Position numbers and translations under genes: made by a program | From: Halarcobacter sp. | GTDB lineage: Bacteria; Campylobacterota; Campylobacteria; Campylobacterales; Arcobacteraceae | Reading direction: 5' to 3' | Length of the DNA stretch: 64,000 nt | NCBI GenBank assembly: GCA_048571215.1 | Contig: CP182352.1 | Coordinates: forward strand, 448,001-512,000 | Notes under the pieces: model-generated | Told to the model about the DNA's origin: nothing | Seen by the model: only the letters and a program-made list of their open reading frames with translations | Database searches by the model: none | In this document: positions 1 to 9,976 of the stretch, in pieces | Layout: the number at the start of each line of letters is the position of its first letter | Position numbering within the stretch: the first letter of the stretch is position 1

Positions 1-519
1 AATATAACCTTGCAATGGAGATCCGTTTGGATTACCAAATGCTTGCATGGGAGCTAAACTTAAAGAGGATGAGTCTCTTACTATTTGAAGAGATTCAATA
101 ATATCCGTAGGCAGTGCTTCTAAAATTCTCATAGCACTGTTGTCGCTTAGTAATGCCCCATCTAATATAACACCAAAGGCACTGCTTCCCACCCCATTTG
201 AACTCCCTCTAAATGAGATAGTATAAGGGTGCTTTCTTCCCATAAAAAGTACATTTACACTTTGAGCTTTACTTAAAATATCATATATATTAGCGGGTTT
301 AATCTTTTCAATCTCTTTTTGAGTAAAAATTTCTGTAGATAAAGATGAACTGGCTGTTGGCTCATTTGGGTTGTTCATCTGTTCATATGAGATATCATCC
401 ATTGTTTTTGTATTCATTTTATCAACAATATTAATTTGATCAATTTTATACTCTTGGGCGGCAAAAATTGACGTAACTATTAATGTACTTGCAATTAAGC
501 TTATATGTAATTTTTTCAT
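1..519 (-). CDS. TonB-dependent receptor, N-terminal part (runs off window start)
   Basis: Read manually, not in ORF track. ATG at 519 after an AGGA RBS. MKKLHISLIASTLIVTSIFA signal peptide, then plug-like sequence (EIFTQKEIEKIKPANIYDILSKAQSV...ISFRG...GVILDG...LPTDIIESLQIVRDS). Confidence 0.85.
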   Translation of the reverse strand, partial: MKKLHISLIASTLIVTSIFAAQEYKIDQINIVDKMNTKTMDDISYEQMNNPNEPTASSSLSTEIFTQKEIEKIKPANIYDILSKAQSVNVLFMGRKHPYTISFRGSSNGVGSSAFGVILDGALLSDNSAMRILEALPTDIIESLQIVRDSSSLSLAPMQAFGNPNGSPLQGYI

Positions 520-526
520 TTTTATC

Positions 527-985
527 CTATTGAATTAGTTGTATTTTTATATTTGTTAAGGCATAAACATGCCTAGGTCCTGTTAAAAAGTCTTTTTTTG
601 AATATAGAGAAAAACTCTCATTTTCATAGACCACAATAACCTCATTTCCAATAGTTGTATTAAACAGTTCGTTGTAGCTAAATACTACTGTATAGTTATC
701 ACTTGCAGTTGCTAAAACAACTATTTGATTGAGTTTTTTTCTACTTTTTATATCTATTTTTGCTTTTTGTATTAACTGTATTAATAAAACACCATTTAAA
801 TCTTTTGGTTTTTGTTTTTCTTCTCCTGATGCACAAACAATATTTACATTTTTTATTGTGCTGTGAGGAATTCTCTCAAATTCTTCTTTTGTTAATCTAT
901 AAGGTTCTTTTATTTGACCATTAACACTTAAAGATAAAGCGAAGATTTGTAAAGAAGTGAATAATAAAATTAAAAATATTTTCAT
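527..985 (-). CDS. Secreted molybdopterin-oxidoreductase (sulfite-oxidase fold)-like small protein
   Basis: Probable start MKIFL at 985 (ORF track 997). Signal peptide, then LSVNGQIKEPYRLT, VCASG, GVLL, ATASDNYTVVFSYNEL and GPRHV, which resemble the Oxidored_molyb domain. Confidence 0.6.
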   Translation of the reverse strand: MKIFLILLFTSLQIFALSLSVNGQIKEPYRLTKEEFERIPHSTIKNVNIVCASGEEKQKPKDLNGVLLIQLIQKAKIDIKSRKKLNQIVVLATASDNYTVVFSYNELFNTTIGNEVIVVYENESFSLYSKKDFLTGPRHVYALTNIKIQLIQ

Positions 986-1006
986 ATATAACTCCAAGTT
1001 TTTGTA

Positions 1007-2932
1007 TTAAAAAGTGTATTTCATATTTAAGAAGTATTCTCTTCCTGGCTCATAAAAACCTAAATCATAGTAATAGTTTTCATCAAATAAATTTTTAATA
1101 CCAGCTTCAAAAGTCATATCTTTGTAGTTATATGATATTTTTGTATCTACAGTTGTATAATTACTCTTATCATATGAATTATCTCTATATTGTAAATAAG
1201 TATCTCTATCATGTTTTATGTTTGCATAAATATATAAATCTTTTGTAATATCATATTTTCCATAAACAAAAAATGAGTGTTTAGGTAGACTAGTTCTAAT
1301 ATATCCACTATTATTTTTATCTTCAACATCTATGTATGAGTAATTAAGCCCTGATGAAAATTTATCAAAATAACTATTTAGTTCAAGTTCAAAACCTTTA
1401 TGTCTAAAATCTCCTACATTTTGATTTTGAGACAAGCCACCAACATTTACATTTTCAATTGCATCAGAATATTCTGAAAGAAAAACATTTGTTTTTACGT
1501 TAAAACTTGTGTTTATAAGGTTAGAGTATGAGATTTCATAATGTGTAGCTTTTTCTGCATCTAAATCTGGATTTGCCAAACCTGTACCCATTTTTTCAGA
1601 ATATCTCTCTTTCATTGAAGGGAGGTGTGTTTTTCTTGCAATAGTAAAACTTATTTTTTGTTGTTTATCTATATCATAAAATAGTCCAATTTGCGGGTTA
1701 AAACTATCCATGCTACCTATATTAAAAGTCCCATCTTCATCCCAAATTTTATCATCATCCAATCTATCATAACTGATACCAGTAACTAAAGTAAGTGAAT
1801 CATTTAAAGAGTATGTATCTTCAAGAGCTAGAGAGATTGTTTTATCTGCATAATCTTCATTTTTTATATTATTTTCATCAAAACCTTTATGGGAATCATA
1901 TTTATAATTAAAAGAGCTAACCAATTCGTGATGAGTAAAAGGCATACCAAACTCAATTGAAGTACCATAACTATAATCTTCATATCTACTTCCCCAAGTT
2001 ACTTTAGACCAGTTAGTTTTGTAATTTTCTAAATAATTATCAAATTTATCATAAAACCATCTAGTTTTTAAATAATTGTCTCCAATTTTATTATCTGTAA
2101 AGGCATAAAGTCCTTCTTTATCCCATTGGGGCCAATCCCAGTATCTTGCTCGGCTTAAAGAACTATCATCTATTGTTGTTGAAGCTTGTTGTTTTTTCCC
2201 ATCAATTTTAGAATACATAATCGCATATTCACTATTTTCATTTGGTGTTAATCCTGCTTTTATACTATATTTTTTATCGTTTGATGAAGAGTGGATTCTC
2301 TCTTGTGATGGCTGATTGTTTGTATAATTGAAATCATCTGATAAATTAAAATGGTCTTTATCTTTAAGGCTTCCAGAAAACTGAATATAATAATCTTTTT
2401 GATTTGTTCCTAAGTTGATTGAAGTTGTATATTGAGCTAAACCAAAGTCATTATCAAAAGTTGTGCCTATACTTATGTCACCTTCAAACTTTTTTGTTGG
2501 TTTTTTAGAAACTAAGTTTACTACACCTGCCATAGTGTTAGCTCCATATTTAACAGAAGAAAAACCTTTGTAAATATCTATTTTAGATAAATCTGCTGTT
2601 GTAAATCTTCCATAATCAAAATTTCCATCATATGGAATATAAATAGGGATACCATCCATAAATACAGCAACTCTTGTTGAACTGAATCCTCTTATTGAAA
2701 TAGTTTTTTCAGCTCTATTTCCACTATTTGATAAAAATAATCCTGTACTTGAACTTAAGGCTTCTGAAATATCTGTAAAATCATGTAGTTGAATATCTTC
2801 TGAATATATTTCAGTAGAGTTATTTACATCTATTTTCCCATTAATATCAATTTCCCCTAAGCTAAACTGTTCTATATCATTAGCATATAAAATTGATACT
2901 AAACATATTGAATAGATAATCTTTTTTTTCAT
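1007..2932 (-). CDS. TonB-dependent receptor
   Basis: Plug motifs SIRGF, VFMDGIP, IDIYKGFSSVKYGANTMAGVVNLV; NPDLDAEK; C-terminal KNLFDENY...PGREYFLNMKYTF. Confidence 0.95.
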   Translation of the reverse strand: MKKKIIYSICLVSILYANDIEQFSLGEIDINGKIDVNNSTEIYSEDIQLHDFTDISEALSSSTGLFLSNSGNRAEKTISIRGFSSTRVAVFMDGIPIYIPYDGNFDYGRFTTADLSKIDIYKGFSSVKYGANTMAGVVNLVSKKPTKKFEGDISIGTTFDNDFGLAQYTTSINLGTNQKDYYIQFSGSLKDKDHFNLSDDFNYTNNQPSQERIHSSSNDKKYSIKAGLTPNENSEYAIMYSKIDGKKQQASTTIDDSSLSRARYWDWPQWDKEGLYAFTDNKIGDNYLKTRWFYDKFDNYLENYKTNWSKVTWGSRYEDYSYGTSIEFGMPFTHHELVSSFNYKYDSHKGFDENNIKNEDYADKTISLALEDTYSLNDSLTLVTGISYDRLDDDKIWDEDGTFNIGSMDSFNPQIGLFYDIDKQQKISFTIARKTHLPSMKERYSEKMGTGLANPDLDAEKATHYEISYSNLINTSFNVKTNVFLSEYSDAIENVNVGGLSQNQNVGDFRHKGFELELNSYFDKFSSGLNYSYIDVEDKNNSGYIRTSLPKHSFFVYGKYDITKDLYIYANIKHDRDTYLQYRDNSYDKSNYTTVDTKISYNYKDMTFEAGIKNLFDENYYYDLGFYEPGREYFLNMKYTF

Positions 2933-2945
2933 TTTGTTTCCTTTT

Positions 2946-3959
2946 TTATATATTTAATATTTCATTAATTTGTTTAGATGTAAGTTCTTTCCCCATAAAT
3001 TTTTTATAGAATTTTTTAGTTTCATCAAACATATTTATATCTTTAAACTGTTCTGGATAAGCCTTTTTTGCAACCCATAAGATAGTTAAAACTTGTTCAG
3101 GAGTATAGTGTGTCCAAAAGTGTGCACCCATAGGCACTGCAAAAACATTTTTGTTTTTTACTGCTTTTAAGTCTTTGAATTTTGGATTGTTGTATGCTAG
3201 CTTTAAATCTTTTTTACCCCAAACAAAGAGATAATCTGGATTTAAAACAAAAAGTTTTTCCATATCAATTGATACATGCTCTTTGGTGATATGTTTTGAT
3301 GCAGCATCAACTCCTGCTTTTTCAAAAATAGTATTTGCAGTTGTTACCATGGGCATCGATAAGTTATCTAGTCTTAGATATAAAGCACTTTTTTTATTTT
3401 TTATATTAGTTGTTTTATCTTTAACAAGGTTTTCAATCTTTTCATAATAATTTATATACTCTTTTGCATGCTCTTGCATACCAAATAATTCACCAAGAAA
3501 ACTCATGCTATTTTTTATACTATTTTCTCCATGCCAATTTATTACAGCTGTTTTATAAGCTCTATTTTCCAAGTTTTTAGCACTAATTGGATTATTTACT
3601 AAAGCAATATCAAATTTTGTAAGAGCTAATTTTTCAAATAAAGGTGTCCATGTAGGTGGATTTGATGAAACTTGCGGAAGCTCAAAAAGTTTTGGCATAA
3701 ACCATTGTTGATGTTTCCAAAATGGCATCTTTCTTAATCTTTCATTTTCGATTCCATTTTGGATAATATCTGCTTTTTTAAAAGCAAATAAAAAAGCATT
3801 TATTGCAGGAGTTCCACCAACACTAACAATATTTTCAATCTTTTGAGGCACTATTATAGTTCTATTTGCCATATCTACTATTTGTTTTTCTTTTGCCAAA
3901 GCAAAACTGTTTACCATAAAAACAAAAAGTATTGTAAATAAAATATCAGACTTTTTCAT
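2946..3959 (-). CDS. Fe/B12/metal-chelate ABC transporter substrate-binding protein
   Basis: Signal peptide, DMANRTIIVPQKIENIVS, EKLFVLNPDYLF, LKAVKNKNVFAVP, AKKAYPEQF (Peripla_BP_2 pattern). Confidence 0.9.
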   Translation of the reverse strand: MKKSDILFTILFVFMVNSFALAKEKQIVDMANRTIIVPQKIENIVSVGGTPAINAFLFAFKKADIIQNGIENERLRKMPFWKHQQWFMPKLFELPQVSSNPPTWTPLFEKLALTKFDIALVNNPISAKNLENRAYKTAVINWHGENSIKNSMSFLGELFGMQEHAKEYINYYEKIENLVKDKTTNIKNKKSALYLRLDNLSMPMVTTANTIFEKAGVDAASKHITKEHVSIDMEKLFVLNPDYLFVWGKKDLKLAYNNPKFKDLKAVKNKNVFAVPMGAHFWTHYTPEQVLTILWVAKKAYPEQFKDINMFDETKKFYKKFMGKELTSKQINEILNI

Positions 3960-3961
3960 GA

Positions 3962-6178
3962 TTAGAACTTATATACCATACTAATTACAGCTGAAAAAGG
4001 TGCCCCTTGATAATAAGAGGTTGAACCAGTTCTTGTATCATCAAGGCTATTTTTTACAACACCAACATATTTCTTATTAAAAATATTTTGTAAGGCAAGA
4101 GATATCTCAATTTTGTCTTTTTTTAGTACATATTTAGAGTTTAAATCAAAAACAGTATATGAGTCAACTTTTTCACTGTTTTGGGCATCCCCATATCTTT
4201 TCCCTACAAATCTTGCTAAAGGAGTGATAGTAAAATTTTCATATTTTAAATTTACTCCAATCTTAGCACCAACTTTTGCTACATCAGGGATTTGATTATC
4301 TTTTGCATTTAAATAGCTATTTGTTGCCAATAAAATATTGTCATCAAACTCAAAATTGTTGTAATACATAGAAGCAAATATTGAAGAGTTCTCAGATAGT
4401 TTGTAATTTGTCTCTATCTCAGCTCCCATAGATGTAGCTTTAGCATCACTTTTATAATAACTTAGATTGATACTTGGGTCATAAACAGTAACTTGCTTAT
4501 TTTTATATTTGCCATAAAAAAGGGTATTTTTAATAGTAAAGTTATCTTTTGAATATTGAGTAAAGAACTCTATATTATCTGATGTTTCAAGTTTTAACTC
4601 ATCCCATAAATCTTGTAAACTTATACCAGCACCTTGAAATGTTGAAACATTTGAATTATATACAGACCAAAGTGGACCTTGCCAAGGGTTTGCATAGTTT
4701 CTTGCATATCCACCACCAATTTTCCAATTTGAGTTAAGTGTATGTTCTAACATCAAACTTGGTAAAAGTTCATTTGAACTACTAGAATTAACTTGCATAC
4801 CAGTTTTTATTCCACTAGTTGCACTCATTGCTTCATCATATGATAAATCTTGTAAGCCAGAAGTGTTATACCCTGTAACAGCAGGGAAATCAAACATCAA
4901 ATATCTTAATCCAGCATTTAAATAAGTATTACCAAAAGTTTTTTCATAGCCTATATATGGTGAGTTTGATACTCTATCATCAATATCTGTAAGCATACCA
5001 GTAGATGCATATTTTAAACTACCATCTGCTTGAATACTATAAACCTTCATAAGTTGAGGAGGTGGAGTAGATTGCATTTGTTGGTACCACCAACCTCCAT
5101 ATAAGTTTCCACCTGCTAATGGATGTTCCAATGAAAGACTAATACCATATGCCTCTTGTTCTATTTTCATCTGTTTTACAATACCTTTAGAAGCATCACC
5201 TTGGTATCTAGTACCTTCGCTTCCAAAAGTGTATGGTTTTAGTTTTATAGAAGTATCACCGATTTTCCCATTTAATGAAGAGTATATAAAATATTCATGG
5301 AAATCTTGTTTGTTAAAATCATAATATAAAGCATCTTTAAATTTATTTCCTGTAATTGAGGTGTTGTAATCTAGCTTATAGTTTTCACTTAGATTTTGTA
5401 TCTGTGAATATGATAAAGGCATATATTCATCTCTATCAAAACTATTATAAGTACCAAAAAACTCCATATCAAAGTTATCAGAGAGATCTACAGTTGTCAT
5501 AGCTTCAATATTTTTTCTTTTTATATCACCTTCACCTTTGTATTTATCATTTTCCATTGTAGAAGTTGAAATAAATAGTTTAACTTTGTCATTTATTTTT
5601 CCACTATCGATTCTTATATGAGCTTTTTTGAAACTATCAGTTCCTGCACCTAGTGATAGAGTTACTCCTGCTTTATCTTTTGGTTTTAAAAGTGATAAGT
5701 CCAATGAACCAGATGTGGTACCCAATCCCAAGCCTTTATTTGCAGGAGTAAGTCCTGTAGTAAATTCTGCTTGTGTTAAATTTTCTTTATCTACAATATA
5801 TCCTGTACCGCCATTTCCAACATTTACTCCAAAAGGAACACCCTCAATAGTTGAACTTAACCTACTAAAAGTATCTCCTAATTGTCCTCTGATTCTAAGT
5901 ATATTTTGATCAACTGTAAGAGCATATGGATCGTGGGTTTCTATATTTACAGAAGGGATAAGTTGCAAACTTTTAAAATAGTTTGTAGAACTTGTTCCTT
6001 GTAAAGACTCTAATAAATCTTTATTTATGATTTTACTTTGATTAGTATCGTTTAAATCATAAAAATAGTTTAACTTTGTAGCCTTTATATCTATTGGCTC
6101 TAGTTGGATATTCCCCTCTTGTGCTAGTAATAAACTGCTTGAATAGCCTATAAGTAAAATTGATAAGCTTTTTTTCAT
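3962..6178 (-). CDS. TonB-dependent receptor
   Basis: 738 aa with signal peptide, plug (LRIRG, IEGVP) and C-terminal QNIFNKKY...GAPFSAVISMVYKF. Confidence 0.92.
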   Translation of the reverse strand: MKKSLSILLIGYSSSLLLAQEGNIQLEPIDIKATKLNYFYDLNDTNQSKIINKDLLESLQGTSSTNYFKSLQLIPSVNIETHDPYALTVDQNILRIRGQLGDTFSRLSSTIEGVPFGVNVGNGGTGYIVDKENLTQAEFTTGLTPANKGLGLGTTSGSLDLSLLKPKDKAGVTLSLGAGTDSFKKAHIRIDSGKINDKVKLFISTSTMENDKYKGEGDIKRKNIEAMTTVDLSDNFDMEFFGTYNSFDRDEYMPLSYSQIQNLSENYKLDYNTSITGNKFKDALYYDFNKQDFHEYFIYSSLNGKIGDTSIKLKPYTFGSEGTRYQGDASKGIVKQMKIEQEAYGISLSLEHPLAGGNLYGGWWYQQMQSTPPPQLMKVYSIQADGSLKYASTGMLTDIDDRVSNSPYIGYEKTFGNTYLNAGLRYLMFDFPAVTGYNTSGLQDLSYDEAMSATSGIKTGMQVNSSSSNELLPSLMLEHTLNSNWKIGGGYARNYANPWQGPLWSVYNSNVSTFQGAGISLQDLWDELKLETSDNIEFFTQYSKDNFTIKNTLFYGKYKNKQVTVYDPSINLSYYKSDAKATSMGAEIETNYKLSENSSIFASMYYNNFEFDDNILLATNSYLNAKDNQIPDVAKVGAKIGVNLKYENFTITPLARFVGKRYGDAQNSEKVDSYTVFDLNSKYVLKKDKIEISLALQNIFNKKYVGVVKNSLDDTRTGSTSYYQGAPFSAVISMVYKF

Positions 6179-6191
6179 CTCTTCCCCTTTT

Positions 6192-6217
6192 CCTTGTATA
6201 ATTTAGTATATAACGAT
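6192..6217. promoter_or_regulatory. ModE-like operator (site 1)
   Basis: CCTTGTATA-ATTTAG-TATATAACGAT. The right half matches the ModE half-site fully. Lies just upstream of the 6178 receptor RBS. Confidence 0.65.
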
Positions 6218-6229
6218 AGATAAAAAAAT

Positions 6230-6988
6230 TTAGATTGCTAAACAGATCTTTCTATCATGTATATTTGTGATTTTTGATTTGATTTTATATACTGTCTCTA
6301 TATTTTCCTCTTTTATTATTGTGTGAGGATCACCTTTATCTAGTATTTTGCCTTCATTTAAAAATATTGCTTCATTTGAAACAAAAAATACGTGATCTGG
6401 ATAGTGGCTTGTTTTTATAAATGTTAAATCTTTTTTTGATAGCTCCTTTATTTTATTTAAAAGTTTATATTGGTTTCCAAAGTCCAATCCATTTACTGGC
6501 TCATCCATAATAAATATATCAGCTTGTTGAGTAATTGCTCTTGCAATTAGTACTAGTTGTCTTTGACCACCACTAAGTGTAGTATATATCTCATCTTTTA
6601 GATCTTGTATTCCTAAAATCTCTAAAGCACTCATAGATATTTTTTTATCTTCTTCATTGTAATTTGAAAATAAAGATTTATATGGCATTCTTCCCATCAT
6701 AACAACATCTTTTACCAAATATCCAAATGCTCCATCATGGATTTGTGGAATATAAGCTACTCTTTGAAAGAATTCTTTTGGCTTTATTTTTGATATAGGC
6801 TTATTATTAAAATATACTTCACCCTTCGAAGGTTTTAAAAATCCCAATAATATTTTTAATAAAGTGGTTTTTCCACAACCATTTGGACCTAAGATAGAGA
6901 TAATATCAGATGAATTAATCTCAAAATCCAAACCCTTTAAAATCTTTTTTTTACCATATGAAAACTCTAAATCTTCAACTTTAAACAT
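6230..6988 (-). CDS. Metal-chelate ABC transporter ATP-binding protein (FecE-like)
   Basis: Walker A GPNGCGKT, LSGGQRQ, IMDEP. Probable ATG at 6988 overlaps the permease stop (TAATG). Confidence 0.95.
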   Translation of the reverse strand: MFKVEDLEFSYGKKKILKGLDFEINSSDIISILGPNGCGKTTLLKILLGFLKPSKGEVYFNNKPISKIKPKEFFQRVAYIPQIHDGAFGYLVKDVVMMGRMPYKSLFSNYNEEDKKISMSALEILGIQDLKDEIYTTLSGGQRQLVLIARAITQQADIFIMDEPVNGLDFGNQYKLLNKIKELSKKDLTFIKTSHYPDHVFFVSNEAIFLNEGKILDKGDPHTIIKEENIETVYKIKSKITNIHDRKICLAI

Positions 6989-7983
6989 TAACCCCATCCT
7001 TTTTTTACATTTTTAAGAGCATAAGCAAAAAATGGAATCCCAATAAGTGAAGTTAATATACCTATGGGTATCTCTACACTAAATAGTGTTCTTGATACAT
7101 TATCAATAATAAGAAGATAAATTGCACCAAGAAGTGCAGATATTGGTACAATGATTATATTATTTGAACCAAACAATAATCTTGCAATGTGTGGAATAAC
7201 TAATCCCACCCAACCAATCATTCCTGCTAATACAACAGTAAAAGCACTTATAAATGTAGCTATTAAGATAATTACAAATCTCATAAGTTTTACATTTACA
7301 CCTAAACTTTTAGCTTCCTCATCACCTAAGCTTAAAATATTAAGATATTTTGATAAAAATATCATCAAAAATATACCTAATAAAATAGGGATTGTAACTA
7401 TATAAATTGTTTGTTTATCAATCAAAGCTAAACTACCCATAAGCCAATAAACAATTGCAGGTAATTCATCATATGGGTCAGCCATATATTTTGTTATAGA
7501 CAACATTGAACTAAAAAAAGCTGAACTTACAACTCCACCCAAAATTAGAAGGATTAATTGATTTTGTTTGTTAAACATTGAGATAAATAGAGCAATAAAA
7601 ACAGCTGATATTCCAAATACAAATGATGAGGTTTGGATTAGCAAGAAGTCTTTAAAAAATATCATCCCCAAAGCAGCTCCAAAAGAAGCACCTGATAGCA
7701 CACCTAAAATACCTGGCGAAACCAAAGGGTTTTTAAACATAGATTGAAAAGCTACACCAGAGATTGCCAGTGAAGCTCCTATTAATACAGATGCAACAAC
7801 TCTTGGAAATCTTATTTCAATAATTACATTTTGCATCACTTGTGAGTTTTCTATTGAACCAAAACCTAGTTTAAATAGAAAAAAATTGATAATTTGACTA
7901 ATAGATAAGTCATATTGCCCTAATGATAATGAAAAAATAGACAATAGAATAAGTAAGGTTAATAGTACTAAAATCGATTTCAT
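6988..7983 (-). CDS. FecCD/BtuC-family ABC permease
   Basis: IRFPRV, FKNPLVSPGILGV, GDEEAKSLGV, GWVGLVIPHIAR, EIPIGILTSLIG. Confidence 0.95.
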   Translation of the reverse strand: MKSILVLLTLLILLSIFSLSLGQYDLSISQIINFFLFKLGFGSIENSQVMQNVIIEIRFPRVVASVLIGASLAISGVAFQSMFKNPLVSPGILGVLSGASFGAALGMIFFKDFLLIQTSSFVFGISAVFIALFISMFNKQNQLILLILGGVVSSAFFSSMLSITKYMADPYDELPAIVYWLMGSLALIDKQTIYIVTIPILLGIFLMIFLSKYLNILSLGDEEAKSLGVNVKLMRFVIILIATFISAFTVVLAGMIGWVGLVIPHIARLLFGSNNIIIVPISALLGAIYLLIIDNVSRTLFSVEIPIGILTSLIGIPFFAYALKNVKKGWG

Positions 7984-7984
7984 A

Positions 7985-8896
7985 CTACAAACTTTTTAAA
8001 ATTTCATTTGAAAAAAGTTTTAAAGATTGTTTGTTTTTTTCTAATTCATTTGAAATCGGTTTTAATGCTAAATTAGTTATTCCTAACTCTTTTAATTGAT
8101 GGATTTTTTCTAAACAGGTTTTTTTATCTCCTATTATTCCATTTTCTATCCAATAGTTTTCATCATAAAAAATAGGACTAGAAATACCTTGTTGTTCCAT
8201 TTGCTCTCTAAACCTTTTTAAAGCTGGTAATGCTTCATCTATAGCTTCATCATTGCTACTTGCCATATAAAAACCTCTTGAACACATTAATCTTGGAGGA
8301 TTATTTTGTTTATGGGCGTTTTTGTACTGTTCAATCATCTTTTTAATAATATCAGTAGACCATAAATGAGCAACCATAAGCCCCAAATCTCTTTGGGCTG
8401 CAAAACTTATAGATGTTTCATCTTTTGAAGCTATAAATGTCGGAATATTGCCAATAGGTTTAGGGAATACAGCACTGTCATCTTTTAGATATGAAAATAT
8501 CTCATCTAGGTCTTGTAACATATGTTCCCGCGAGTTTTCGAAATCAAATAATTCATTTTGTTTGTTAAAGGGACCACCTTTTGCAACGCCAAAATTAAAT
8601 CTATTGTTACTGAGTATATTTAGTGTAGCAACTGCCTCAGCAACTATGATTGGGTTGTAAATAGGAGTTAGTACAGAAGCTGTACCAACTCTTATTCTTT
8701 TTGTTGTTGCAATGATATATGCCATAAGAGTCAAAATTGATGAGCTTAAACTAAATTTATTAAAGTGGTGTTCCGTAATCCATACTTCATCTAAACCTAA
8801 TTGTTCACCTAGCATAATCATTTCGTGTTGATTTTCAAAAGCTTTTGTAAAATTGTCACCCCAATTCTCATATAAAAGCATTAATCCTATATTCAT
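7985..8896 (-). CDS. LLM-class flavin-dependent oxidoreductase (luciferase-like monooxygenase)
   Basis: VWITEHHF, TTKRIRVGTA, NPIIVAEAVATLNILSNNRFNFGVAKG. Confidence 0.9.
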   Translation of the reverse strand: MNIGLMLLYENWGDNFTKAFENQHEMIMLGEQLGLDEVWITEHHFNKFSLSSSILTLMAYIIATTKRIRVGTASVLTPIYNPIIVAEAVATLNILSNNRFNFGVAKGGPFNKQNELFDFENSREHMLQDLDEIFSYLKDDSAVFPKPIGNIPTFIASKDETSISFAAQRDLGLMVAHLWSTDIIKKMIEQYKNAHKQNNPPRLMCSRGFYMASSNDEAIDEALPALKRFREQMEQQGISSPIFYDENYWIENGIIGDKKTCLEKIHQLKELGITNLALKPISNELEKNKQSLKLFSNEILKSL

Positions 8897-8918
8897 CTTC
8901 TACCTACTTGCAATTTTT

Positions 8919-8955
8919 CGTTATGTATTGTAATATATAGCGGTGAAAAAGTCAA
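8919..8955 (-). promoter_or_regulatory. ModE-like operator (site 2) overlapping the sigma70 promoter of the LLM-permease-ATPase operon
   Basis: CGTTATGTA-TTGTAA-TATATAGCG at 8919-8942. Minus-strand TTGACT (8955-8950), 17-bp spacer, TACAAT (8932-8927). Confidence 0.75.
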
Positions 8956-9014
8956 CAGTTAAATATATAAAAATTGTATATAAAATATACATTTTTAAGA
9001 AAAAAGGAGTAAAA

Positions 9015-9974
9015 ATGAGGATGTTAGTGTTTTTTATGTTGATTATTGGGAGTGTTTATGCACAATCTAGTTTAAAAGTTTTTGGTGCTTCGCCACCTGC
9101 AACATATTTTTTGTATTCTATTGATCCACAAGCAATAGCTGGAAGAAATTATGCTTTTAACGATAAAGAGTTGGAATATCTAAATAAAGATATAAATAGT
9201 TTGCCTATTATTGGAGGGTGGTTTGGTCAAGGCAGAACACCAAACTTTGAAACTTTGATTAAAGTAAATCCAGATTTGATTATTACATGGAACTATAACA
9301 ATAGTTTTAAAAAAGTTGATGACAAACTACATAGTTTGGGATTTAAAACTTTTAGTATAAATATTAATTCTTTAAATGATTATATAGAAGCATATAAAGA
9401 TGTAGGTGAGATTTTACATATGCAAAGTAGGGCAGAAAAACTCTCTAATTATGTTGCAAATACAATGAAAGAATTAGAAGTTTTGAAAAAAAAGGTATCA
9501 ATAAAAAAAACAGTTTATTATGCAGAGGGGATAGATGGTTTGCAAACAGAGTGTAACAACTCAATTCATGCAGATTTGATTGAATATATAGCAGCTTATA
9601 ATCCCCATAGATGTGAAAACAAAGCAGGTTTTGGTAGAGATAGAATAAGTTTAGAAAATTTGATGATATATAACCCTGATATTATTATCACACAAGAGAA
9701 AAACTTTTTTGATAATGTATACAAAAATGAAAAATTACAACATATAAAAGCAGTAAAAAACAAGAAAGTATATTTCATACCTAAATCACCATTTAGTTGG
9801 TTTGATAGACCACCTTCGTTTATGAAAGTTTTAGGTGCACAATGGTTGGGAAATCTAGTTTATAAAGATATTTATAATATAGATATAAACCAAAGAATAA
9901 AAGAGTTTTACAAACTATTTTTAAATATTTCATTAACAAATGAAGAAGTAACAAATTTATTAGAAGGAAAATAA
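9015..9974 (+). CDS. Metal-chelate ABC substrate-binding protein
   Basis: ATG 9015 follows AAGGAG (ORF track 8943). PIIGGWFG, NFETLIKVNPD, YYAEGIDGLQTEC, FSWFDRPPS. Confidence 0.9.
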   Translation: MRMLVFFMLIIGSVYAQSSLKVFGASPPATYFLYSIDPQAIAGRNYAFNDKELEYLNKDINSLPIIGGWFGQGRTPNFETLIKVNPDLIITWNYNNSFKKVDDKLHSLGFKTFSININSLNDYIEAYKDVGEILHMQSRAEKLSNYVANTMKELEVLKKKVSIKKTVYYAEGIDGLQTECNNSIHADLIEYIAAYNPHRCENKAGFGRDRISLENLMIYNPDIIITQEKNFFDNVYKNEKLQHIKAVKNKKVYFIPKSPFSWFDRPPSFMKVLGAQWLGNLVYKDIYNIDINQRIKEFYKLFLNISLTNEEVTNLLEGK

Positions 9975-9976
9975 TT

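Noticed and set aside
8961..8990. Fourth ModE-like site (TATATA-N7-TATATA)
   Set aside because: It lacks the flanking CG and has different spacing; expected by chance in AT-rich DNA.
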